A stretch of DNA of 64,000 nt from Schizochytrium sp. TIO01 (lineage: Eukaryota > Protista > Bigyra: Labyrinthulomycetes), in the NCBI GenBank assembly GCA_004764695.1, contig SMSO01000035.1, positions 124,001 through 188,000 of the forward strand, given 5' to 3'. Position 1 is the stretch's first letter, and every line of letters begins with the position of its first letter. Shown in pieces: positions 35,351-46,037 of the stretch. Below the pieces are notes generated by a model. It did not search any database, had not been told where the DNA came from, and saw nothing but the letters and a program-made list of their open reading frames with translations. Made by a program: the position numbers and the translations under genes.

Positions 35351-36075
35351 GACATTTCTAATGATGCCCTTGAATAGATGGACGCAAAAGGATGCCTCTG
35401 GCGGCGTGAGGGAACACCACGATCGGCTGCGTGTTTGCATTTTCGGGGGGCGTTTGAAAACCTTAGATATTCCGAGCTTGTCGCGAATGGTACCACATTT
35501 ATTGCATGTTTTTGAAGTGCAATCCTCTCGGCAATTCCATCAGAGGCAAAGCTCGACTTTGGGAATGAGTTCTTGTCGGAAAGTAGAGTAGCCCCAACAA
35601 CACATCATTCGACCTGTCTTGCTTTGGATCCGTCGTGTTAACTTGTTGAGGTTTGAAATTTAGGCAAAAAGATAACACGGTAGTACTCACAGAGCCAAAG
35701 TGCAAGGTTGCGGGATTCTAAGTAGCCCAGTAGGACGCGCAAGCCCGACCTTTTGATGTTGACCCCGCGGCCAATGTCTTTGTAGACGGTGGAGGACAGA
35801 TACGCTGGAGACCACCAACCTGACGTTTGAAATCTCCTCTTCGCCTGGCGAGCCTGGCATAGAGAATGCCACGTCCAGTGCTGCGTTGCTCGCGACCGCT
35901 CAAATTGCAGCCATAGATGCGCCCAAGATTCTCACCTGCGTATATGCGCTGGCTTCTGGTAAAACGCTTGAAGGACTCTTGCTGAGATGCCAAACATCTG
36001 GTTGAAGTACTTTGTTGGCTTGTATTGAAGTTTTGCTTCACTTGTAGTATTTGGCGATTCGTTGACCACGCCATT
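35272..36075 (-). mobile_element. Degenerate Fanzor2 (IS607/TnpB-derived) element, copy A
   Basis: Across shifted frames: LQFERS, AALD-GI, RNLALWLCEYYRVIFLPKFQTS (RuvC-II region), KTGRMMCCWGYSTFRQEL, EDCTSKTCNKCGTIRDKLGISKVFKRPRKCKHAADRG (zinc ribbon + RuvC-III) and HAARGILLR, with a stop at 35358-35360. Contains stops and frameshifts. The 5' boundary is approximate. Confidence 0.85.
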
Positions 36076-36744
36076 TTCTTACTTAGCAGAGACCTAAATA
36101 ATTCTAATTTACCATTTATATGGAATAAAAACTACTGGAGATACTATCGTTCTCATGATTACAGTTGTTACTCCTGCTGATGATCTTCATTAAAACCGTA
36201 TACAATCTTTTTGTGAGGACCAAATGGCGTTGCACAACTCCGCTGACATTTGCTTGTAGTAATCTTGGATTTTCGTCGCTAAAAATTATAAACGCAGTAA
36301 ATTATGCTGATTGCATTTCGCTGACGATTGTGGGATCGTCGGTAATTAAAGCGAGGGTGAGGGCGAAGGAAAAGATAAATTTAAAAAGTAGCTTGGAAGG
36401 AAGAGTAGGACTATGTTTTGGGGTTGGTGAGAGTGGCCTTAATAGGGACTTTATAAAGAGCGAAGGAGAGATACTGGTGTGGATGAAAATTACCTTGACA
36501 ACGTCTAAGCTCTGATTACCTTGACCTGAGAAACAACATAAAGCAAAAATGCATGAGGTTTCTTGGTTTATGTATATATATATAGTATACAAATCTCCAA
36601 AGCTACATTGAAAATGTTCTGCAATATGTTAAACAACGGTAATACTACAACTGTAGTTGGTGAACTGATGAGACAGCATCGATGACTCAGATGCAGGCAC
36701 ACTTGCTTGTAGATATTGTAAGAATAAATGCAACCAATATTCAA

Positions 36745-37695
36745 TTAAAGTTTACCTTCCAGGAGTACAAATGTTGACTCAGCATGCATGACCTTAACAC
36801 CAGGTTCTCCCTTTGGACCGATTGTGTAGCAATCACATTGCACAAGAACACGCCGACTGTCTGGCGCAGCGCGTCGCACAGATGTTTTCAAATACAGCGC
36901 TACAGAAGCTCCAGGATATTCAAAGCCAATTGAGGCATAATACTCTAGCTGCAAGCTTCCTGTCACCAGAGGCTGGAAGAAAATTTTATTCACTGTGGCA
37001 CCCATAATTTCATCTGCCGCTGTCCATAAGGCGCCTTCAGCAACACGATCCACACCAGCTCTATCTGAGCCAGCGAATGGCGATACATAAAGCACCGAGA
37101 TCGTTTCTGCGGTTTCTTGGGCAGCGTCTGCGTTAAGCAGGGTTTCCTGAAAGATCATACGAGGTTTATTGTGAAACTCAAAATGTGAATACCCGGCTGC
37201 AAGGCGTTCAGGAGTGATAGCCCGTGCAACTTCAAAGTCAGGCATTCTCACACGTGTCCAATCTTTATGTTGTGTCCTCACATTCTCCATGCAGACCGCT
37301 CCAAGAGCTGCAGGCGAGCTAAGAGGTTTTCGCGCCAAGGTCGGTACGAGTACTAAATCTGCCTGCGATAAGAGCTCGTTACCGCGCCACATTTGTGCTT
37401 TGGTACCTTTCTCAAGAATTTCAATACGGGACCACATCTCTACATAGGTTTTCGACTTGAAGACCACAGTGATTTTGGCAATACATTGACTGTTTTCTGG
37501 CACAAGAGCTGCATAGACAGCGCCAATGCTGCCTCCATGAGCGTTTCCAGGCGTCCCGCGGGCCCTGCGCGTGAAAAGGAGGTCCTTGCCGCGAATCGTG
37601 ACGCGGTCATCGTCCAGAACATACCGGGAGCCACGCATCGCGCTATACGAAGTTCCAGGACTTGTACTTTTGCGTTGTCTGCTCCCAGACCTCAT
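36745..37695 (-). CDS. Double hotdog-fold acyl-CoA thioesterase-like protein, possible PTS1 variant (-GKL)
   Basis: GTPGNAHGGSIGAV (PaaI/THEM4-type HGG motif) and a second degenerate copy VAEGALWTAADEIMG...VTGSLQLEY. The track start at 37731 is GTG; first ATG is at 37695. Confidence 0.75.
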   Translation of the reverse strand: MRSGSRQRKSTSPGTSYSAMRGSRYVLDDDRVTIRGKDLLFTRRARGTPGNAHGGSIGAVYAALVPENSQCIAKITVVFKSKTYVEMWSRIEILEKGTKAQMWRGNELLSQADLVLVPTLARKPLSSPAALGAVCMENVRTQHKDWTRVRMPDFEVARAITPERLAAGYSHFEFHNKPRMIFQETLLNADAAQETAETISVLYVSPFAGSDRAGVDRVAEGALWTAADEIMGATVNKIFFQPLVTGSLQLEYYASIGFEYPGASVALYLKTSVRRAAPDSRRVLVQCDCYTIGPKGEPGVKVMHAESTFVLLEGKL

Positions 37696-38614
37696 CCGTT
37701 CATCTCCTTTGCGACGATTTGCAATTCCCACTATTTTTACTTTTAACTTTTTCTGCCTCTTTTGAATGTTGTAGGTCCTAGTACTATCTGTATCCTGTCT
37801 TTTTTCTCTCTCTTCGCCACAAAGAATAAAGGCAAAATCAGAACATCAACAGAATACTAGTTCGGAGTCTTTTGGATGCGTCACTTGCACTGTATGCGAT
37901 AGTCCTCCCCTACAGCTGTTGCATAAGAGCTCCTTCCTATCTTCATTTTTTGAGGTATCATTTTTTTCTCATATTAAAAGAAAATAGTACGTGTGAGTTA
38001 TTCTTCTATAGCCTTCAACCTTTTTTTCACCAGTAGTTAAAATTTTCGCGACGATCAATGTGAAAAAAAAATTGCCCTCATTTAGGTAGATTCCGACAAG
38101 GTTTCTTCGATACGATCGGCTTACTGAATGCGAAGGATAACACAGAGGCCAATTGGCTGCTCATGACACAACGATGTCTTTCGTGTTTGCACAACCTACG
38201 TAGTGTTGACTATAGGTCCTAGCAAACTGTTTGTCAAAGGTGACTTCTACTGCCTTTTGGGACGAGGTGATATTGAACTTGGCAAAAGTCCCCGGGCGAA
38301 AGTTCGAGGCAAAACTTGGGCGAAGTAATTGATATACTACCTGACTCTAGCCTGCCACGCCATGTATGAGTTGGGCCAAAAAATAACTGAGCTGAGAAAT
38401 TGGCAGAAGAGTTGGTTAGTACCAGTAGAAAATACGAAAGTAAACGAAATAGAGAGCAATACTACGCACTCGGAGGTGGACTAAAGCGAATAAATTATTG
38501 CATTGCAATGTGGCGGCAGTTCGCCATCGCCAAGGTCTCCGGCATCAAGCCGGCAAACACAGACCGTGTAAGATCAACTCAAATATTGCAAACGTGAAAG
38601 CTTGACCAGGTAGT

Positions 38615-41600
38615 ATGAAGTTTAAGACACTACTGCGAGGCAAAGCGACGCCCTCATCCTCGAAGCGCAGCGGCACCAAAGATCAACATGGTGTTTATGT
38701 CGATGAGGGGGATGTTGCTTCAAAAAGGGTGAACCAAGAAAGTAAAGAACGCAAACGAGCTGGAAAGAGTCTTACGAAGGGTGAGCAAGTAGAAGAAGAG
38801 GTCTACGTTGAGGTGATGCAGCAACTTGAGATTTCTACTCTTCAAGAAGAATCCGAGGAGGCCGAAGATCAAGATGAAGCTCACAGCAGGGAAATTAAGA
38901 ATGACGAACAAGACAAGCAAGATAAAAGCACAGCAACATCTCCGAAACTGCAAGGTGGTGATGAAGATCTTGGCATCATGAGCAAATTTTCCGCCGACAC
39001 AGAAGAAGTTTCTCAGTCTGAAAGAAACCCAACATTGATCTTATCTCTGGAAGAGCTCCCTCCTTTGTTGAAGACAACTCTTTTAGAACCCCTTTGCGTA
39101 AACTTAGAACAAGAACTAATTGAAGCAGTGGTTCAAGGCGCAACTATTGCAGAAATAGAGCAGCTCCTCTATCTTGGTGCATCCTTGACAAATGCCATCG
39201 AGGCTAAATCAGGTAAAACTGTGTTTCACTTTGCAACAGCAGCCAACGACGTAGTACTAATGCACCATTTGATGCGACACAAAGATGCCGTACACGCGCT
39301 TTATATCAGAGATTCGGATGACACTCTTCCGATTGAACTTGCCCAGCCTCCTATGCAAGCTCAAATAATGGATTTCTTCATCCATGAAACCCTCATAAGC
39401 GCACGTGCTAATGATGTGTCCACCTTGCAATCTTTGCTTAAGACCTTGACGAAAGGCGGCAAAACTAGCCAAGCATTATATATCAAAATTTTTCATGCAG
39501 CCGGAGCTGCAGGGTCCCTAGAAGTGATCGACGAAATGCTCTGTGCCTATCAATTGAACGTTGATGCCGTTCTTAAAACTGGACGGACAGCCCTTTATCA
39601 CGCCATTGCAAATGACCAGCTTAATGCCATCAAATTACTGATCGAACGTGGCGCGAACCCAGATCTTCAAGACATTAGAGGGCGCAAAGCATGCGATGCT
39701 TCGAGCACACGCATAACCCAAAAACTGCTAAAACAATGTTTATTGCAAACGCAAGCTAGAAATGAAACCCAAGTACAACATGACTTTTTTGGTACTTCGA
39801 AGACTTTGGTTGATAGTATCCTAGTTTACAAGTACGGGCTTAATTTAGATTTGCTTGATCAACCATCCAAAGCTGTGGAACGCACTGGAACTCTTCTGAA
39901 TGCAATTCCTCAATCATTTGCTAGCCAGGATCATGACGTCAATAAGCTACAGCTGTTTTGTCGAGAAGCCCTCGTGGATTTTATATTGAACGCTGATGAG
40001 GCGACACGCAGAGCTTACGCCCACAAGCGAACGGATTCCCTCAGACGTTTTAACCAAGATAAACATGCCGCCCCTCAGAACTCTTCACAAAGTACTGTCT
40101 CGGACAAATCTTTTAATCAAATGGGCTCATTTGTGTATTTACGTCGAGGTCGGGAGTACTCAACGCAAAGAAAGCAAAGCTTAGTATCCCTTCTTCATGA
40201 GCAGCAAGCCAGCGTTGAGATTCCCCACAATTCCGAAGATTCTGATGGAAGCTCTACAGACTGTGAGTCTGAAGCTGAAATCAAGAATGAAACCGATTTT
40301 GAAGAGTTTGAGGAAACTGACATGGAAGATGAAGGAGATGAAGAAGATGAAACCAGAAATCAAATACAAGGTCGACAACACGAGCAGGACCAACGAGAAC
40401 AAGCGCAACAAAACCACGCGATAGTACCCACTCACTCAGAAGTTGTATATGCTAAGGAGGAAAGTAATAAAAACAGCACCTTCAACACTACAACCCAAGA
40501 ACAAGCTTTTTTGAAAGAAGACAAAGAAAATGTTGAAGAAGGAAACATTGAGAATGTTGCTAATAAAGAAGAAACTGTTGACCTGGAAAGTGAGAAGGTA
40601 ACCAAGAGTACGAAAGACAAGAGAGAATCAGTCGACACCAAAATCGAAGCTAAAAACATAGAAGAAAGCTCGCAATCAAGTCAACAATGTCACAGCTCGA
40701 CTCATCAGACACCCCTACAGAAAAGATCTGATTACCATCGTATCAATGTGAATCTCTTCAAGCCAGTCTTTTACCCCTTTGTTGTGACCAACGACAAGGG
40801 TGAACGCTCGTTCTGTTCCATTATGTGCTTCGCTCAAGTTGCCCCCGAGAGCCAGACATGCCTGGAGGCTCGCTGTGTCTGCCTCTTATCCAAATTCCCA
40901 TTGTTCAGTATTCATCGAAACATCCTTTTCGACATGTTTGCTGCAGCTATGGGTCACGCTGAAATGCTCTGCTCAGTGAAAGTGTCAGCAGCAGACATTG
41001 CCCATGCTGTGGTTGGACAGGAAACAAACATGTCTAACCAGACAGGGTTGCGAATAAATACTACTACACGACTGATTGCGTTTGATCAACCCCCTCCACT
41101 TTCACTTCCTGTTGTCGATGAAATCTGTTTTGATGCACTTTTTACATGCTTGGGCGCCAAAAGTGTGGGAGCTATTCTTTCTGCACTTCTTACTGAACAA
41201 TCGGTTTTGCTAGTAAGCGAACACTCGCATGTATTGACAATGGTATCCTATGGACTTTTAGCTCTACTTTTCCCGTTTGAGTGGGTAAACAGCTTCATTC
41301 CGATTCTCCCCTTCGAAGCAATTCAACTTACACAGGCTCCGTTTCCATTCTTCTTTGGTATTCAAAGTGCTTATCTTCAACACATTTCACAAACTCATCT
41401 AGATTCCCTAGTGGTCGTTGATGTTGACCATGATACCGTGCAAATCCCAAAGACATCTTCAAAGCCTTCAATAACTTCTGCCGGGCCAACTATTGAGAGA
41501 GAGGTCGGTTTTTCTGACGCAGTCGTGACCAAAGAAATTGCCATGTTGCCTGTCGCATTACAACAAATCATTGAGCATGCAATGGGTGAAGCAATCCCAC

Positions 41601-42631
41601 CGCGGGAGCTAAGACCTAGTGTGGGGGATATGGCACGTGTCATTGGCACGCCTGGACGTACATTTGCTGCATCTTTGCGCAGCCAAAATGAAGATGACAG
41701 TAGCAAAAAGCCCCGCTCAAGTGGTGCTCGCGGCCGTAGCTTCAAGTACCTCTCCCTGCCCCGAAAGAATCTTGTGTTCGACGTGGAAAGTCTCGCACAA
41801 CGACCCCAGAACGCCCCCATGTATGCAACAGCCCGCATGCTCCCTCATGAGGAGACCCGCGCGTCTTCTGCCCGGGCATATAATGTATCCCTTGTGCGAG
41901 CAGCTTGTATCGAGGTGATCGTCCATTTGATTGGAAGTTTTGGACGATCCAAGTATGATGCATCAGTCAAGGAGGCGATGCTACAACGGCAAGAACCGGA
42001 AGTCCGTGCGTTTCTTGAGGTGATGCTTAATACCCAGTCTTGGAGCCTTTTTGCATCTCAAGTCCGACAAAACACCACCATCTCAGAAAAGCGCAGAAGT
42101 GAACTTGAGGTCTTTCACACTCTGATGGACTTTCAGCTGCACCATGATCGAGCAATTATCAATGCAGCTCAGGTACTTGTGCACACAGAGTGCAGCCCGT
42201 ATGCAAAGGAATGTAAAACCTTCCGTCGTGGTGAGATTGTCACCATTATAGATCGTTGTCAGCAGGATGATTCCAACAACGGCGAGCCTCTTGTTTGGTA
42301 TCGTCTACGTGAAAGTCCAGGCTGGGCGCTGGTGCAATCACCGAACGACTTCCGGATTCTAGGATCCTCTGTTGCAAGTGAGAACTCAAAAGTGACCGAA
42401 CAACAATTAGCAACGGAGGCTGAAGCCACGCGGCATGTGCACGCTGCCGATCTTCACTATGGTAATGAGAAGCTTTATCCACAACGCGCAAGTATTCAAT
42501 TGTCCCCCCCAAATCAAGACATCGAGGGGCTAGATGCGGACCTCGACCATGATTCCTTATTCCAGACAGTCAACTATGGAAGCTTTGAAAAGAGCTTCGG
42601 GGAAAAATCATTGATTGGTCGCAGGGGTTGA
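38615..42631 (+). CDS. Ankyrin-repeat + DENN domain protein (putative Rab GEF) with a C-terminal SH3-like segment
   Basis: Ankyrin GKTVFHFA and GRTALYHAIANDQLNAIKLLIERGANPD. DENN core CLLSKFP, LLTEQSVLLVS and LLFPFEWVNSFIPILP...APFPFFFGI. SH3-like TFRRGEIVTII...WY.. Confidence 0.88.
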   Translation: MKFKTLLRGKATPSSSKRSGTKDQHGVYVDEGDVASKRVNQESKERKRAGKSLTKGEQVEEEVYVEVMQQLEISTLQEESEEAEDQDEAHSREIKNDEQDKQDKSTATSPKLQGGDEDLGIMSKFSADTEEVSQSERNPTLILSLEELPPLLKTTLLEPLCVNLEQELIEAVVQGATIAEIEQLLYLGASLTNAIEAKSGKTVFHFATAANDVVLMHHLMRHKDAVHALYIRDSDDTLPIELAQPPMQAQIMDFFIHETLISARANDVSTLQSLLKTLTKGGKTSQALYIKIFHAAGAAGSLEVIDEMLCAYQLNVDAVLKTGRTALYHAIANDQLNAIKLLIERGANPDLQDIRGRKACDASSTRITQKLLKQCLLQTQARNETQVQHDFFGTSKTLVDSILVYKYGLNLDLLDQPSKAVERTGTLLNAIPQSFASQDHDVNKLQLFCREALVDFILNADEATRRAYAHKRTDSLRRFNQDKHAAPQNSSQSTVSDKSFNQMGSFVYLRRGREYSTQRKQSLVSLLHEQQASVEIPHNSEDSDGSSTDCESEAEIKNETDFEEFEETDMEDEGDEEDETRNQIQGRQHEQDQREQAQQNHAIVPTHSEVVYAKEESNKNSTFNTTTQEQAFLKEDKENVEEGNIENVANKEETVDLESEKVTKSTKDKRESVDTKIEAKNIEESSQSSQQCHSSTHQTPLQKRSDYHRINVNLFKPVFYPFVVTNDKGERSFCSIMCFAQVAPESQTCLEARCVCLLSKFPLFSIHRNILFDMFAAAMGHAEMLCSVKVSAADIAHAVVGQETNMSNQTGLRINTTTRLIAFDQPPPLSLPVVDEICFDALFTCLGAKSVGAILSALLTEQSVLLVSEHSHVLTMVSYGLLALLFPFEWVNSFIPILPFEAIQLTQAPFPFFFGIQSAYLQHISQTHLDSLVVVDVDHDTVQIPKTSSKPSITSAGPTIEREVGFSDAVVTKEIAMLPVALQQIIEHAMGEAIPPRELRPSVGDMARVIGTPGRTFAASLRSQNEDDSSKKPRSSGARGRSFKYLSLPRKNLVFDVESLAQRPQNAPMYATARMLPHEETRASSARAYNVSLVRAACIEVIVHLIGSFGRSKYDASVKEAMLQRQEPEVRAFLEVMLNTQSWSLFASQVRQNTTISEKRRSELEVFHTLMDFQLHHDRAIINAAQVLVHTECSPYAKECKTFRRGEIVTIIDRCQQDDSNNGEPLVWYRLRESPGWALVQSPNDFRILGSSVASENSKVTEQQLATEAEATRHVHAADLHYGNEKLYPQRASIQLSPPNQDIEGLDADLDHDSLFQTVNYGSFEKSFGEKSLIGRRG

Positions 42632-42695
42632 ACATATAATTTTAAAAAGCCAACCCACATGCAATTTTACCAACTACCATTCAAACATTTTTTAT

Positions 42696-44422
42696 CTACT
42701 GGTACGCTTCGGGCTTAAGGCAGCCCACAAAGGGAAGGCATCTGTAGTTCTCTGCAAAATCCATGCCGTAGCCTACAACAAACTCGTCCGGGCAGGTGAA
42801 TCCAACATAGTCCACCGCCACGTCCGTTTCAGTTCGGCGTGCCTTCTTGTCCAAGAGGGTGCATAATTTCACGGATGCGCAGTTCTTGGTCATCAGGTAA
42901 GACTTGAGCCATTTCAAGGTGTTACCAGTATCAATCAAGTCCTCGATGCTGTGTCATTTTTTCCGTAATTAGAAAGTCAGTTTGTCAGCCATCCTGTTTT
43001 TTTTTTTGACCGAAGTAGAAATATATAAATAGACATTTGACGAAAATATTCTACACGCATAGGAAATTTGCAGTCGCAGAATTCCAACCTTCTCCCTTTT
43101 CGTTCCTGTTTGTACCCCCCACCCACACTTTTAACCTTTTCCTGCTGTATTTATGTCCGTTCCTATGAGGCCGGACATTGTTACAGCGAAAAAAGACGTA
43201 TTGCTTTCCCTGGCCTTCAGTATCACTTACATGAGAACGTGCTTACCAGACGGATCATGGCTGAGGTCCTGCTTGACGTTGACGGAGCCACTTGAGGTGG
43301 TGCCCTTGCCGTAAGAGCTGATGGACATAAAGTCAATCTGTATAGATTATAATAAGAGCCAATTGGTTTTGTGTGTGCCACGCCCCACAAGAATCATTTA
43401 AATCATTGCAAAGCATTCCGTATCGCCAAAGTGAATTTGGACTCTATCGTTAGTCTTCAAAACATTGGTATTTAAAAATAAAAGAGAGAAGAAAGCAATT
43501 CTAAATTGCTGACTTAATTACACTCACCTGGTACGGCACGAGCATGTGCTTGAGAAGGTCGGTCATGAAACAAACAGCCCCGGTGAGAATGCCGACGCAA
43601 AGAAGGTTTTTGCCCTCAAAGTCCTTGCTGATCTGCAAGGCCATCTGCTTGACCTTCTGCTGAATTTGTGCCTCCGTGAAGAGCACCTGCTGGATGTTGC
43701 AGCCCCATTCCCGCGGGCAGTTCACCAGCGCGCTATGTCAGAATTAATTTCAAAACCGCCATCAGGTATTGTTCAAGCACACCACATCAAAGCAATCAAA
43801 CACGAAAAGTACACAGGCAAAATGTCACATCAATAGGTCACAAATGAGTCAATGAGTGGATGAATGGACAGTCATTCCCACATTCCTAGTTAGTGTACAT
43901 GTGTCTTTACATTAATTCATAAGATCATAAGCCCATGCCTCCATAAGCCCAGACCACACCGTTGCCTTCCTCTGCCAACCATCCCTTCCGCAGAGTGATT
44001 TCTCAAATGGCGCGCATATGCCCTAACCAAGCTGGTTCGCGACATTGTGAGTCCATCTCTACAGTCCAAGATGGACCCCGTGGTTGACCCGCTCATTTTC
44101 CAAGGAAGAGAACGAGAAGACCGACAACCGCAACAGCACCAAACTCGGCCTAAGGAGTTGCAAATGCGAAAGAAGTCGTGTGTGTGTGGGGGGGGGGGGG
44201 GGGGGTGAAGAGGCTTTCAAGGAGGACAAAATCAAAGGTAAAACTAAGACGGGCACTCCTTCGCTAGTTCGTTCATCTTGCTACGTACTGTTGCAGCTTC
44301 ATTTCGTCGGAGACCTGCGCCTCCTCGTCCTGGCGGCGCTTGCTAGGCTCAATCACCTTGCGCTGAATGAGGTCAGCGACCTGCTTCAGGCCCTGCTCGA
44401 GCTCAAGGTCCATCTCCGCCAT
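42696..44422 (-). CDS. HPRT: Hypoxanthine(-guanine) phosphoribosyltransferase, 4 exons: 44422-44289, 43732-43528, 43337-43231, 42948-42696 (232 aa)
   Basis: Three GT-AG introns give a continuous frame containing CVGILTGA, DFMSISSY, PRPP-binding VLIIEDLIDTGNT and FVVGYGMD..ENYRCLP. Confidence 0.93.
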
Positions 44423-46037
44423 CTTGCCTCGGTCCGCAAGCGGAATCGGTTGCTTTTCAATGCGTCTTCGACTTCAATTTTGATTTTGATTGATTGATTG
44501 ATTAATTGATTATTTGAATGTTTCTTCCCCTCTTTTTCCTTTTTCCTTGTTTTTCTTTCTTTATTCTCTCACTTTATCAATTTCTTTACTCCCCTCAAAG
44601 AACCACTCCAGTCCAGGCTTTAAGAGTTTCTTTTCCCTCAAGCAAAGCAAAACCTTTAGTCCGTACGAATCTAAACTCTACGTAGCTTACCATCGCAGAT
44701 CAGCAATCAGGTAAACATCAATCCAAGATGCATCAAATTTTGCTTGCTTACACAGATGTATCACATGTATACTACCTCTTATTTGATCTCAGAGTGAAAT
44801 GGCCATTTTATCATTATTATTATTGTTATTTTTTATTTCATTTTTATTTTCACTATTTACTAGTAACACATCACTACTCGTAGCTTAACACATTACGTAA
44901 AAAAGTATACTAACCTCCTCTAAAGTGCCCGCAAGCAACTTCTTTTAAAATGGAAAGAACATCTTGCCGAAGGGCATCCCCCTAAGGGAAACCCTAAGAC
45001 TATTCTAGGCATCGAAAATGAATGAAAAGTTCATTCTTTCTCTCTTTCTTTACTAGGTCGCTTGGCCTCCTTTGGGGAGGTGTCGTTTGGCGGCCAATGC
45101 TCTGACAATACTTACGGTTGGCTGTGAGGGAGGCCGCGAACTGCGTCGAGAAATGCACTTGAGTGGGGATATCTGCTATGAATTCATGCTCGCGAGTACG
45201 TTGATTGGGAGGCGATTCTGGTCCATCATTCTCCGCCCTCTTCTTCTTCTTCTTTTCTTCCTTCCTTCCTTCTTCTTCTTTTCTTCCTTCCTTCCTTCTT
45301 CTTCCTCTTTACTTTCCCTGGCCACAAAGTAGGAAGTGCCGGTCTTTCTTCAATTTGGACCTATTTAATGGCCTAATATAACTTAGATAAAGTACACTAT
45401 TTAGCCCCCACTCTTAAAGGTATCGCTAAACCAATTACAGAGAGATAGGTGCATTTAATGAGTATCGGCTAAATAAAGAGTTGTTCATGGCCCCAGCGTG
45501 GAGGTATTGGTATCTCATTAAATATGGAGGGGCGGAACATGCAATAAAGTACCGGTGGGGCATTTTAATAAGATACAGGGTGTGTCTGAAAAGGAGCTTT
45601 TTGGACAGCTCGTTGACTCAACCCGAGTGATGCAGAAAAAAAAATAATAAAAAATATCAGCGCGGCAGCTGCAGTAGTATCAGAGACGCGATAACAGGAG
45701 GAACTCCGTGCCGCCACGACTCAGCCGGCTTGGCAGGTCCGCGTCGTAGATTGAAGAGGAAAATTATCTCACTGCTGATCTAATACACCACAAGGTGCAA
45801 GGTTTGCAGCGACTGGCGAGGTTTTAACGCTCCGGAAAACCCCTGATAAAAGATAGAGAATACAAAGGAAAGCTTAAATCTAGGGAAAGGTCCCAATCCA
45901 GATCTTCGTGAAACTCAGATCCAAAGCGATCCACCTGCCCGAGAGAACCTCCACAGTGCGTTGTGGAGCTTGTGGTCAAGTAGCACTTCTCTTGAAAGAG
46001 ATATTGAGGCTCTGACAAAGTTTGCTCGCTGGCCAAA

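Noticed and set aside
36076-36600. Possible IS607 serine recombinase or transposase upstream of Fanzor copy A
   Set aside because: No recombinase or DDE motifs recognisable in the frames I read.
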